A DNA stretch of 64,000 nt, taken from NCBI RefSeq assembly GCF_963921235.1, contig NC_086097.1, positions 139,316,001 through 139,380,000 on the forward strand, read 5' to 3'. Below are positions 25,201 to 40,200 of the stretch, in pieces. This DNA is from Mobula hypostoma. Its lineage: Eukaryota. The first letter of the stretch is position 1. Every line of letters begins with the position of its first letter. The position numbers and the translations under genes are program-made. The notes under the pieces were generated by a model. The model saw only the letters and a program-made list of their open reading frames with translations. It was not told the origin of the DNA and did not search any database.

Positions 25201-28200
25201 GACGGTACTGAGGGAGTATCACACTGCGGGATGGACGGGACTGAGGGAGAGTCACACTGCGGGATGGACGGTACTGAGGGAGTGTCACACTGTGGGATGG
25301 AGAGTACTGAGGGAGTGTCACACTGCGGGATGGACGGTACTGAGGGAGTGTCACACTGCGGGATGGACGGTACTGAGGGAGTGTCACACTGCGGGATGGA
25401 CGGTACTGATGGAGTGTCACACTGCGGGATGGTCGGTACTGAGGGAGTGTCACACTGTTTGATAGACGGTACTGAGGGAGTGTCACACTGCGGGATGGTC
25501 GGTACTGAGAGATTGTCACACTATAGGATGGAGAGTACTCAGGGAGTGTCACACTGCGGGATGGACAGTACAGAGGGAGTGTCACACTGCGGTATGGACG
25601 GTACTGAGGGAGTGTCAGACTGTGGGATGGTCGGTACTGAGGGAGTGTCACACTGTGGGATGGACGGTACTGAGGGAGTGTCAGACTGCGGGATGGTCGG
25701 TACTGAGGGAGTGTCACACTGCGGGATGGACGGTACTGAGGGAGTGTCACACTGCGGGACGGAGGGTACTGAGGGAGTGTCACACTGCGGGACGGAGAGT
25801 ACTGAGGTAGTGTCACACTGCGGGACGAAGAGTACGGACGGAGTGTCACACTGCGGGATGGACGGTACTGAGGGAGTGTCACACTGCGGGATGGAGAGTA
25901 CTGAGGGAGTGTCACACTGCGGGATGGTCGGTACTGAGGGAGAGTCACACTGCGGGATGGAGAGTACTGAGGGAGTGTCACACTGCGGGATGGACGGTAC
26001 TGAGGGAGTGTCACACTGCGGGATGGACGGTACTGAGGGAGTGTCACACTGCGGGATGGACGGTACTGAGTGAGTGTCACACTGCGGGATGGACGGTACT
26101 GAGGGAGTGTCACACTGCGGGATGGACGGTACTGAGGGAGTGTCACACTGCGGGATGGACGGTACTGAGGGAGTGTCACACTGCGGGATGGACGGTACTG
26201 AGGGAGTGTCACACTGCGGGATGGACGGTACTGAGGGAGTGTCACACTGCGGGATGGACGGTACTGAGGGAGTGTCACACTGCGGTATGGAGAGTACTGA
26301 GGGAGTGTCACACTGCGGGATTTACAGTACTGAGGGAGAGTCACACTGCGGGATGGACAGTACTGAGGGAGTGTCACACTGCGGGATGGAGAGTACTGAG
26401 GGAGTGTCACACAGCGGGATGGACAGTACAGAGGGAGTGTCACACTGCGGGATGGACGGTACTGAGGGAGTGTCACACTGCGGGATGGACAGTACTGAGG
26501 GAGTGTCACACTGCGGGATGGACGGTACTGAGTGAGTGTCACACTGCGGGATGGACGGTACTGAGGGAGTGTCACACTGCGGGATGGACGGTACTGAGGG
26601 AGTGTCACACTGCGGGATGGACGGTACTGAGGGAGTGTCACACTGCGGGATGGACGGTACTGATGGAGTGTCACACTGCGGGATGGTCGGTACTGAGGGA
26701 GTGTCACACTGTGGGATGGACAGTACTGATGGAGTGTCACACTGTTGGATAGACGGTACTGAGGGAGTGTCACACTGCGGGATGGTCGGTACTGAGGGAG
26801 TGTCACACTGTGGGATGGAGAGTACAGAGGGAGTGTCACACTGCGGGATGGACAGTACTGAGGGAGTGTCAGACTGTGGGATGGTTGGTACTGAGGGAGT
26901 GTCAGACTGTGGGATGGATGGTACTGAGGGAGTGTCAGACTGTGGGATGGTCGGTACTGAGAGATTGTCACACTATAGGATGGAGAGTACTGAGGGAGTG
27001 TCACACTGCGGGACGGAGAGTACGGACGGAGTGTCACACTGCGGAATGGACGGTACTGAGGGAGTGTCACACTGCGGGATGGACGGTACTGAGTGAGTGT
27101 CACACTGCGGGATGGACGGTACTGAGGGAGTGTCACACTGCGGGATGGACGGTACTGAGGGAGTGTCAAACTGCGGGATGGACGGTACTGAGGGAGTGTC
27201 ACACTGCGGGATGGACGGTACTGATGGAGTGTCACACTGCGGGATGGTCGGTACTGAGGGAGTGTCACACTGTGGGATGGACAGTACTGATGGAGTGTCA
27301 CACTGTGGGATAGACGGTACTGAGGGAGTGTCACACTGCGGGATGGTCGGTACTGAGGGAGTGTCACACTGTGGGATGGAGAGTACAGAGGGAGTGTCAC
27401 ACTGCGGGATGGACGGTACTGAGGGAGTGTCACACTGCGGGATGGACAGTACTGAGGGAGTGTCACACTGCGGGATGGAGAGTACTGAGGGAGTGTCACA
27501 CTGCGGGATGGAGGGTACTGAGGGAGTGTCACACTGCGGGACGGAGAGTACTGAGGGAGTGTCACACTGCGGGACGAAGAGTACGGACGGAGTGTCACAC
27601 TGCGGGATGGACGGTACTGAGGAAGTGTCACACTGCGGGATGGAGAGTACTGAGGGAGTGTCACACTGTGGGTTTGACGGTATTGTGGGAGTGTCACTCT
27701 GTGGGATGGACAGTATTGAGGGAGTGTCACACTGTGAGATGGACAGTACTGAGGGAGTGTCACACTGTGGGACGGACAGTATTGAGGGAGTGTCACACTG
27801 TGAGATGGACGGTACTGAGGGAGTGTCACACTGTGGGATGGACAGTACTGAGGGAGTGTCACACTGTGGGATGGACAGTATTGAGGGAGTGTCACACTGT
27901 GAGATGGACGGTACTGAGGGAGTGTCACACTGTGGGATGGACGGTTCTCAGGGAGTGTCACACTGCGGGATGGTCGGTATTGAGGGAGTGTCACACTGCG
28001 GTATGGAGAGTACTGAGGGAGTGTCACACTGCGGGATGGACGGTACTGAGAGAGAGTCACACTGCGGGATGGACGGTACTGAGGGAGTGTCACACTGCGG
28101 GATGGACAGTACTGAGGGAGTGTCACACTGCGGGATGGAGAGTACTGAGGGAGTGTCACACTGCGGGATGGACGGTACTGAGGGAGTGTCACACTGCGGG

Positions 28201-31200
28201 ATGGACAGTACTGAGGGAGTGTCACACTGCGGGATGGACGATACTGAGTGAGTGTCACACTGCGGGATGGACGGTACTGAGGGAGAGTCACACTGCGGGA
28301 TGGACGGTACTGAGGGAGTGTCACACTGTGGGACGGACAGTATTGAGGGAGTGTCACACTGTGAGATGGACGGTACTGAGGGAGTGTCACACTGTGGGAT
28401 GGACAGTACTGAGGGAGTGTCACACTGTGGGATGGACAGTATTGAGGGAGTGTCACACTGTGAGATGGACGGTACTGAGGGAGTGTCACACTGTGGGATG
28501 GACGGTACTGAGGGAGTGTCACACTGCGGGATGGTCGGTATTGAGGGAGTGTCACACTGCGGTCTGGAGAGTACTGAGGGAGTGTCACACTGCGGTATGG
28601 AGAGTACTGAGGGAGTGTCACACTGCGGGATGGACGGTACTGATGGAGTGTCACACTGCGGGATGGAGAGTACTGAGGGAGTGTCACACTGCGGGATGGA
28701 CGGTACTGAGGGAGAGTCACACTGCGGGATGGAGAGTACTGAGGGAGTGTCACACTGCGGGATGGACGGTACTGAGGGAGTGTCACACTGCGGGATGGAC
28801 AGTACTGAGGGAGTGTCACACTGCGGGATGGACGATACTGAGTGAGTGTCACACTGCGTGATGGATGGTACTGAGGGAGTGTCACACTGCGGGATGGACG
28901 GTACTGAGGGAGTGTCACACTGCGGGATGGACGGTACTGAGGGAGTGTCACACTGCGGGATGGACGGTACTGAGGGAGTGTCACACTGCGGGATGGACGG
29001 TACTGATGGAGTGTCACACTGCGGGATAGTCGGTACTGAGGGAGTGTCACACTGCGGTATGGAGAATACTGAGGGAGTGTCACACTGCGGGATGGACGGT
29101 ACTGAGGGAGAATCACACTGCGGGATGGACAGTACTGAGGGAGTGTCACACTGCGGGATGGAGAGTACTGAGGGAGTGTCACACTGCGGGATGGACGGTA
29201 CTGAGGGAGTGTCACACTGCGGGATGGACGGTACTGAGGGAGTGTCACACTGCGGGATGGACGGTACTGAGTGAGTGTCACACTGCGGGATGGACGGTAC
29301 TGAGGGAGTGTCACACTGCGGGATGGACGGTACTGAGGGAGTGTCACACTGCGGGATGGACGGTACTGAGGGAGTGTCACACTGCGGGATGGACGGTAAT
29401 GAGGGAGTGTCACACTGCGGGATGGACGGTACTGATGGAGTGTCACACTGCGGGATGGTCGGTACTGAGGGAGTGTCACAATGTGGGATGGACAGTACTG
29501 ATGGAGTGTCACACTGTGGGATAGACGGTACTGAGGGAGTGTCACACTGCGGGATGGTCGGTACTGAGGGAGTGTCACACTGTGGGATGGAGAGTACAGA
29601 GGGAGTGTCACACTGCGGGATGGACAGTACTGAGGGAGTGTCAGACCGTGGGATGGTTGGTACTGAGGGAGTGTCAGACTGTGGGATGGATGGTACTGAG
29701 GGAGTGTCAGACTGTGGGATGGTCGGTACTGAGAGATTGTCACACTATAGGATGGAGAGTACTCAGGGAGTGTCACACTGCGGAATGGACAGTACAGAGG
29801 GAGTGTCACACTGCGGGATGGATGGTACTGAGGGAGTGTCAGACTGTGGGATGGTCGGTACTGAGGGAGTGTCACACTGTGGGATGGACGGTACTGAGGG
29901 AGTGTAAGACTGCGGGATGGTCGGTACTGAGGGAGTGTCACACTGCGGGATGGACGGTACTGATGGAGTGTCACACTGCGGGATGGACGGTACTGAGTGA
30001 GTGTCACACTGCGGGATGGACGGTACTGATGGAGTGTCACACTGCGGTATGGAGAGTACTGAGGGAGTGTCACACTGCGGGATGGACGGTACTGAGGGAG
30101 AGTCACACTGCGGGATGGGACAGTACTGAGGGAGTGTCAAACTGCGGGATGGAGAGTACTGAGGGAGTGTCACACTGCGGGATGGACGGTACTGAGGGAG
30201 TATCACACTGCGGGATGGACGGGACTGAGGGAGAGTCACACTGCGGGATGGACGGTACTGAGGGAGTGTCACACTGTGGGATGGAGAGTACTGAGGGAGT
30301 GTCACACTGCGGGATGGACGGTACTGAGGGAGTGTCACACTGCGGGATGGACGGTACTGAGGGAGTGTCACACTGCGGGATGGACGGTACTGAGGGAGTG
30401 TCACACTGCGGGATGGACGGTACTGATGGAGTGTCACACTGCGGGATGGTCGGTACTGAGGGAGTGTCACACTGTTTGATAGACGGTACTGAGGGAGTGT
30501 CACACTGCGGGATGGTCGGTACTGAGAGATTGTCACACTATAGGATGGAGAGTACTCAGGGAGTGTCACACTGCGGGATGGACAGTACAGAGGGAGTGTC
30601 ACACTGCGGGATGGACGGTACTGAGGGAGTGTCAGACTGTGGGATGGTCGGTACTGAGGGAGTGTCACACTGTGGGATGGACGGTACTGAGGGAGTGTCA
30701 GACTGCGGGATGGTCGGTACTGAGGGAGTGTCACACTGCGGGACGGACGGTACTGAGGGAGTGTCACACTGCGGGACGGAGGGTACTGAGGGAGTGTCAC
30801 ACTGCGGGACGGAGAGTACTGAGGTAGTGTCACACTGCGGGACGAAGAGTACGGACGGAGTGTCACACTGCGGGATGGACGGTACTGAGGGAGTGTCACA
30901 CTGCGGGATGGAGAGTACTGAGGGAGTGTCACACTGCGGGATGGACGGTACTGAGGGAGAGTCACACTGCGGGATGGAGAGTACTGAGGGAGTGTCACAC
31001 TGCGGGATGGACGGTACTGAGGAAGTGTCACACTGCGGGATGGACAGTACTGTACACTGCGGGATGGACGATACTGAGTGAGTGTCACACTGCGTGATGG
31101 ACGGTACTGAGGGAGTGTCACACTGCGGGATGGACAGTACTGAGGTAGTGTCACACTGCGGGATGGACGGTACTGAGGGAGTGTCACACTGCGGGATGGA

Positions 31201-34200
31201 CGGTACTGAGGGAGTGTCACACTGCGGGATGGACGGTACTGATGGAGTGTCACACTGCGGGATGGACGGTACTGAGGGAGTGTCACACTGCGGTATGGAG
31301 AGTACTGAGGGAGTGTCACACTGCGGGATGGACGGTACTGAGGGAGAGTCACACTGCGGGATGGACAGTACTGAGGGAGTGTCACACTGCGGGATGGAGA
31401 GTACTGAGGGAGTGTCACACTGCGGGATGGACAGTACAGAGGGAGTGTCACACTGCGGGATGGACGGTACTGAGGGAGTGTCAGACTGCGGGATGGACAG
31501 TACTGAGGGAGTGTCACACTGCGGGATGGACGGTACTGAGTGAGTGTCACACTGCAGGATGGACGGTACTGAGGGAGTGTCACACTGCGGGATGGACGGT
31601 ACTGAGGGAGTGTCACACTGCGGGATGGACGGTACTGAGGGAGTGTCACACTGCGGGATGGACGGTACTGATGGAGTGTCACACTGCGGGATGGTCGGTA
31701 CTGAGGGAGTGTCACACTGTGGGATGGACAGTACTGATGGAGTGTCACACTGTGGGATAGACGGTACTGAGGGAGTGTCACACTGCGGGATGGTCGGTAC
31801 TGAGGGAGTGTCACACTGTGGGATGGAGAGTACAGAGGGAGTGTCACACTGCGGGATGGACAGTACTGAGGGAGTGTTAGACTGTGGGATGGTTGGTACT
31901 GAGGGAGTGTCAGACTGTGGGATGGATGGTACTGAGGGAGTGTCAGACTGTGGGATGGTCGGTACTGAGAGATTGTCACACTATAGGATGGAGAGTACTG
32001 AGGGAGTGTCACACTGCGGGACGGAGAGTACGGACGGAGTGTCACACTGCGGGATGGACGGTACTGAGGGAGTGTCACACTGCGGGATGGACGGTACTGA
32101 GTGAGTGTCACACTGCGGGATGGACGGTACTGAGGGAGTGTCACACTGCGGGATGGACGGTACTGAGGGAGTGTCACACTGCGGGATGGACGGTACTGAG
32201 GGAGTGTCACACTGCGGGATGGACGGTACTGATGGAGTGTCACACTGCGGGATGGTCGGTACTGAGGGTGTGTCACACTGTGGGATGGACAGTACTGATG
32301 GAGTGTCACACTGTGGGATAGACGGTACTGAGGGAGTGTCACACTGCGGGATGGTCGGTACTGAGGGAGTGTCACACTGTGGGATGGAGAGTACAGAGGG
32401 AGTGTCACACTGCGGGATGGACAGTACTGAGGGAGTGTCAGACTGTGGGATGGTTGGTACTGAGGGAGTGTCAGACTGTGGGATGGATGGTACTGAGGGA
32501 GTGTCAGACTGTGGGATGGTCGGTACTGAGAGATTGTCACACTATAGGATGGAGAGTACTGAGGGAGTGTCACACTGCGGGACGGAGAGTACGGACGGAG
32601 TGTCACACTGCGGGATGGACGGTACTGAGGGAGAGTCACACTGCGGGATGGAGAGTACTGAGGGAGTGTCACACTGCGGGATGGACGGTACTGAGGGAGT
32701 GTCACACTGCGGGATGGACGGTACTGAGGGAGTGTCACACTGCGGGATGGACGGTACTGAGGGAGTGTCACACTGCGGGACGGAGGGTACTGAGGGAGTG
32801 TCACACTGCGGGACGGAGAGTACTGAGGGAGTGTCACACTGCGGGACGGAGAGTACGGACGGAGTGTCACACTGCGGGATGGACGGTACTGAGGGAGTGT
32901 CACACTGCGGGATGGAGAGTACTGAGGGAGTGTCACACTGTGGGTTTGACGGTATTGTGGGAGTGTCACTCTGTGGGATGGACAGTATTGAGGGAGTGTC
33001 ACACTGTGAGATGGACGGTACTGAGGGAGTGTCACACTGTGGGACGGATAGTATTGAGGGAGTGTCACACTGTGAGATGGACGGTACTGAGGGAGGGTCA
33101 CACTGTGGGATGGACAGTACTGAGGGAGTGTCACACTGTGGGATGGACAGTATTGAGGGAGTGTCACACTGTGAGATGGACGGTACTGAGGGAGTGTCAC
33201 ACTGTGGGATGTACGGTACTCAGGGAGTGTCACACTGCGGGATGGTCGGTATTGAGGGAGTGTCACACTGCGGTATGGAGAGTACTGAGGGAGTGTCACA
33301 CTGCGGGATGGACGGTACTGAGAGAGAGTCACACTGCGGGATGGACGGTACTGAGGGAGTGTCACACTGCGGGATGGACAGTACTGAGGGAGTGTCACAC
33401 TGCGGGATGGAGAGTACTGAGGGAGTGTCACACTGCGGGATGGACGGTACTGAGGGAGTGTCACACTGCGGGATGGACAGTACTGAGGGAGTGTCACACT
33501 GCGGGATGGACGATACTGAGTGAGTGTCACACTGCGGGATGGACGGTACTGAGGGAGAGTCACACTGTGGGATGGACGGTACTGAGGGAGTGTCACACTG
33601 TGGGATGGACAGTACTGAGGGAGTGTCACACTGTGGGATGGACGGTACTGAGGGAATGTCACACTGTGGGATGGACAGTACTGAGGGAGTGTCACACTGT
33701 GGGATGGACAGTACTGAGGGAGTGTCACACTGTGGGATGGACAGTACTGAGGGAGTGTCACACTGTGGGATGGACGGTACTGAGGGAGTGTCACACTGCG
33801 GGATGGTCGGTATTGAGGGAGTGTCACACTGCGGTCTGGAGAGTACTGAGGGAGTGTCACACTGCGGGATGGAGAGTACTGAGGGAGTGTCACACTGCGG
33901 GATGGACGGTACTAAGGGAGTGTCACACTGCGGGATGGAGAGTACTGAGGGAGTGTCACACTGTGGGATGGACGGTACTGAGGGAGTGTCACACTGCGGG
34001 ATGGAGAGTACTGAGGGAGTGTCACACTGCGGGATGGACGGTACTGAGGGAGTGTCACACTGCGGGATGGACAGTACTGAGGGAGTGTCACACTGCGGGA
34101 TGGACGATACTGAGTGAGTGTCACACTGCGTGATGGATGGTACTGAGGGAGTGTCACACTGCGGGATGGACGGTACTGAGGGAGTGTCACACTGCGGGAT

Positions 34201-37200
34201 GGACGGTACTGAGGGAGTGTCACACTGCGGGATGGATGGTACTGAGGGAGTGTCACACTGCGGGATGGACGGTACTGAGGGAGTGTCACACTGCGGGATG
34301 GTCGGTACTGAGGGAGTGTCACACTGCGGGATGGAGAGTACTGAGGGAGTGTCACACTGCGGGATGGACGGTACTGAGGGAGAGTCACACTGCGGGATGG
34401 ACAGTACTGAGGGAGTGTCACACTGCGGGATGGAGAGTACTGAGGGAGTGTCACACTGCGGGATGGACGGTACTGAGGGAGTGTCACACTGCGGGATGGA
34501 CGGTACTGAGGGAGTGTCACACTGCGGGATGGACGGTACTGAGTGAGTGTCACACTGCGGGATGGACGGTACTGAGGGAGTGTCACACTGCGGGATGGAC
34601 GGTACTGAGGGAGTGTCACACTGCGGGATGGACGGTACTGAGGGAGTGTCACACTGCGGGATGGACGGTACTGATGGAGTGTCACACTGCGGGATGGTCG
34701 GTACTGAGGGAGTGTCACACTGTGGGATGGACAGTACTGATGGAGTGTCACACTGTGGGATAGACGGTACAGAGGGCGTGTCACACTGCGGGATGGTCGG
34801 TACTGAGGGAGTGTCACACTGTGGGATGGAGAGTACAGAGGGAGTGTCACACTGCGGGATGGACAGTACTGAGGGAGTGTCAGACTGTGGGATGGTTGGT
34901 ACTGAGGGAGTGTCAGACTGTGGGATGGATGGTACTGAGGGAGTGTCAGACTGTGGGATGGTCGGTACTGAGAGATTGTCACACTATAGGATGGAGAGTA
35001 CTCAGGGAGTGTCACACTGCGGGATGGACAGTACAGAGGGAGTGTCACACTGCGGGATGGACGGTACTGAGGGAGTGTCAGACTGTGGGATGGTCGGTAC
35101 TGAGGGAGTGTCACACTGTGGGATGGACGGTACTGAGGGAGTGTCAGACTGCGGGATGGTCGGGACTGAGGGAGTGTCACACTGCGGGATGGACGTTACT
35201 GATGGAGTGTCACACTGCGGTATGGAGAGTACTGAGTGAGTGTCACACTGCGGGATGGACGGTACTGATGGAGTGTCACACTGCGGTATGGAGAGTACTG
35301 AGGGAGTGTCACACTGCGGGATGGACGGTACTGAGGGAGTGTCACACTGCGGGATGGAGAGTACTGAGGGAGTGTCACACTGCGGGATGGACGGTACTGA
35401 GGGAGTGTCACACTGCGGGATGGACGGGACTGAGGGAGAGTCACACTGCGGGATGGACGGTACTGAGGGAGTGTCACACTGTGGGATGGAGAGTACTGAG
35501 GGAGTGTCACACTGCGGGATGGACGGTACTGAGGGAGTGTCACACTGCGGGATGGACGGTACTGAGGGAGTGTCACACTGCGGGATGGACGGTACTGAGG
35601 GAGTGTCACACTGCGGGATGGACGGTACTGAGGGAGTGTCACACTGCGGGATGGACGGTACTGAGGGAGTGTCACACTGCGGGATGGACGGTACTGAGGG
35701 AGTGTCACACTGCGGGATGGTCGGTACTGAGAGATTGTCACACTATAGGATGGAGAGTACTCAGGGAGTGTCACACTGCGGGATGGACAGTACTGAGGGA
35801 GTGTCACACTGCGGGATGGACGGTACTGAGGGAGTGTCAGACTGTGGGATGGACGGTACTGAGGGAGTGTCACACTGTGGGATGGACGGTACTGAGGGAG
35901 TGTCAGACTGCAGGATGGTCGGTACTGAGGGAGTGTCACACTGCGGGATGGACGGTACTGAGGGAGTGTCACACTGCGGGACGGAGGGTACTGAGGGAGT
36001 GTCACACTGCGGGACGGAGAGTACTGAGGGAGTGTCACACTGCGGGACGGAGAGTACGGACGGAGTGTCACACTGCGGGATGGACGGTACTGAGGGAGTG
36101 TCACACTGCGGGATGGAGAGTACTGAGGGAGTGTCACACTGCGGGATGGACGGTACTGAGGGAGTGTCACACTGCGGGATGGAGAGTACTGAGGGAGTGT
36201 CACACTGCGGGATGGACGGTACTGAGGGAGTGTCACACTGCGGGATGGACAGTACTGAGGGAGTGTCACACTGCGGGATGGACGATACTGAGTGAGTGTC
36301 ACACTGCGTGATGGACGGTACTGAGGGAGTGTCACACTGCGGGATGGACAGTACTGAGGGAGTGTCACACTGCGGGATGGACGGTACTGAGGGAGTGTCA
36401 CACTGCGGGATGGACGGTACTGAGGGAGTGTCACACTGCGGGATGGACGGTACTGAGGGAGTGTCACACTGCGGGATGGACGGTACTGAGGGAGTGTCAC
36501 ACTGCGGGATGGAGAGTACTGAGGGAGTGTCACACTGCGGGATGGACGGTACTGAGGGAGTGTCACACTGCGGGATGGACAGTACTGAGGGAGTGTCACA
36601 CTGCGGGATGGAGAGTACTGAGGGAGTGTCACACTGCGGGATGGACGGTACTGAGGGAGTGTCACACTGTGGGATGGACAGTACTGAGGGAGTGTCACAC
36701 TGCGGGATGGACGGTACTGAGGGAGTGTCAGACTGCGGGATGGACAGTACTGAGGGAGTGTCACACTGCGGGATGGACGGTACTGAGGGAGTGTCACACT
36801 GCGGGATGGACGGTACTGAGGGAGTGTCACACTGCGGGATGGACGGTACTGAGGGAGTGTCACACTGCGGGATGGACGGTACTGAGGGAGTGTCACACTG
36901 CGGGATGGACGGTACTGAGGGAGTGTCACACTGCGGGATGGACGGTACTGAGGGAGTGTCACACTGTGGGATGGACAGTACTGAGGGAGTGTCACACTGT
37001 GGGATGGACGGTACTGAGGGAGTGTCACACTGCGGGATGGACGGTACTGAGGGAGTGTCACACTGCGGGATGGAGAGTACTGAGGGAGTGTCACACTGCG
37101 GGATGGACAGTACTGAGGGAGTGTCAGACTGTGGGATGGTTGGTACTGAGGGAGTGTCAGACTGTGGGATGGATGGTACTGAGGGAGTGTCAGACTGTGG

Positions 37201-40200
37201 GATGGTCGGTACTGAGAGATTGTCACACTATAGGATGGAGAGTACTGAGGGAGTGTCACACTGCGGGATGGAGAGTACGGACGGAGTGTCACACTGCGGG
37301 ATGGACGGTACTGAGGGAGTGTCACACTGTGGGATGGACGGTACTGAGGGAGTGTCACACTGCGGGATGGACGGTACTGAGGGAGTGTCACACTGCGGGA
37401 TGGACGGTACTGAGGGAGTGTCACACTGCGGGATGGACGGTACTGAGGGAGTGTCACACTGCGGGATGGACGGTACTGAGGGAGTGTCACACTGTGGGAT
37501 GGACAGTACTGATGGAGTGTCACACTGTGGGATAGACGGTACTGAGGGAGTGTCACACTGCGGGATGGACGGTACTGAGGGAGTGTCACACTGTGGGATG
37601 GAGAGTACTGAGGGAGTGTCACACTGCGGGATGGACAGTACTGAGGGAGTGTCAGACTGTGGGATGGTTGGTACTGAGGGAGTGTCAGACTGTGGGATGG
37701 ATGGTACTGAGGGAGTGTCAGACTGTGGGATGGTCGGTACTGAGAGATTGTCACACTATAGGATGGAGAGTACTGAGGGAGTGTCACACTGCGGGACGGA
37801 GAGTACGGACGGAGTGTCACACTGCGGGATGGACGGTACTGAGGGAGTGTCACACTGCGGGATGGACGGTACTGAGGGAGTGTCACACTGCGGGATGGAC
37901 GGTACTGAGGGAGTGTCACACTGGGGGGTGGAGAGTACTGAGGGAGTGTCACACTGCGGGATGGACGGTACTGAGGGAGTGTCACACTGCGGGATGGACA
38001 GTACTGAGGGAGTGTCACACTGCGGGATGGACGATACTGAGTGAGTGTCACACTGCGTAATGGACAGTACTGAGGGAGTGTCACACTGCGGGATGGACGG
38101 TACTGAGGGAGTGTCACACTGCGGGATGGACGGTACTGAGGGAGTGTCACACTGCGGGATGGACGGTACTGAGGGAGTGTCACACTGCGGGATGGTCGGT
38201 ACTGAGGGAGTGTCACACTGCGGTATGGAGAGTACTGAGGGAGTGTCACACTGCGGGATGGACGGTACTGAGGGAGAGTAACACTGCGGGATGGACAGTA
38301 CTGAGGGAGTGTCACACTGCGGGATGGAGAGTACTGAGGGAGTGTCACACTGCGGGATGGACGGTACTGAGGGAGTGTCACACTGCGGGATGGACGGTAC
38401 TGAGGGAGAGTCACACTGCGGGATGGACAGTACTGAGGGAGTGTCACACTGTGGGATGGAGGGTACTGAGGGAGTGTCACACTGCGGGATGGACGGTACT
38501 GAGGGAGTGTCACACTGCGGGATGGACGGTACTGAGTGAGTGTCACACTGCGGGATGGACGGTACTGAGGGAGTGTCACACTGCGGGATGGACGGTACTG
38601 AGGGAGTGTCACACTGCGGGATGGACGGTACTGAGGGAGTGTCACACTGCGGGATGGACGGTACTGAGGGAGTGTCACACTGTGGGATGGACGGTACTGA
38701 GGGAGTGTCACACTGCGGGATGGACGGTACTGAGGGAGTGTCACACTGCGGGATGGACGGTACTGAGGGAGTGTCACACTGCGGGATGGTCGGTACTGAG
38801 GGAGTGTCACACTGTGGGATGGACAGTACTGATGGAGTGTCACACTGTGGGATAGACGGTACTGAGGGAGTGTCACACTGTGGGATGGTCGGTACTGAGG
38901 GAGTGTCACACTGTGGGATGGAGAGTACTGAGGGAGTGTCACACTGCGGGATGGAGAGTACAGAGGGAGTGTCACACTGCGGGATGGACAGTACTGAGGG
39001 AGTGTCAGACTGTGGGATGGTTGGTACTGAGGGAGTGTCAGACTGTGGGATGGATGGTACTGAGGGAGTGTCAGACTGTGGGATGGTCGGTACTGAGAGA
39101 TTGTCACACTATAGGATGGAGAGTACTCAGGGAGTGTCACACTGCGGGATGGACAGTACAGAGGGAGTGTCACACTGCGGGATGGACGGTACTGAGGGAG
39201 TGTCAGACTGTGGGATGGTCGGTACTGAGGGAGTGTCACACTGTGGGATGGACGGTACTGAGGGAGTGTCAGACTGCGGGATGGTCGGTACTGAGGGAGT
39301 GTCACACTGCGGGATGGACGGTACTGAGGGAGTGTCACACTGCGGGATGGACGGTACTGAGTGAGTGTCACACTGCGGGATGGACGGTACTGATGGAGTG
39401 TCACACTGCGGTATGGAGAGTACTGAGGGAGTGTCACACTGCGGGATGGACGGTACTGAGGGAGAGTCACACTGCGGGATGGACAGTACTGAGGGAGTGT
39501 CACACTGCGGGATGGACGGTACTGAGGGAGTGTCACACTGCGGGATGGACAGTACTGAGGGAGTGTCACACTGCGGGATGGAGAGTACTGAGGGAGTGTC
39601 ACACTGCGGGATGGACGGTACTGAGGGAGTGTCACACTGCGGGATGGACGGTACTGAGGGAGAGTCACACTGCGGGATGGACAGTACTGAGGGAGTGTCA
39701 CACTGTGGGATGGAGAGTACTGAGGGAGTGTCACACTGCGGGATGGACGGTACTGAGGGAGTGTCACACTGCGGGATGGACGGTACTGAGGGAGTGTCAC
39801 ACTGCGGGATGGACGGTACTGAGGGAGTGTCACACTGCGGGATGGACGGTACTGAGGGAGTGTCACACTGCGGGATGGACGGTACTGATGGAGTGTCACA
39901 CTGCGGGATGGTCGGTACTGAGGGAGTGTCACACTGTGGGATGGACGGTACTGAGGGAGTGTCACACTGCGGGATGGTCGGTACTGAGGGAGTGTCACAC
40001 TGTGGGATGGACAGTACTGAGGGAGTGTCACACTGCGGGATGGACGGTACTGAGGGAGTGTCACACTGCGGGATGGACGGTACTGAGGGAGTGTCACACT
40101 GTGGGATGGAGAGTACAGAGGGAGTGTCACACTGCGGGATGGACAGTACTGAGGGAGTGTCAGACTGTGGGATGGTTGGTACTGAGGGAGTGTCAGACTG

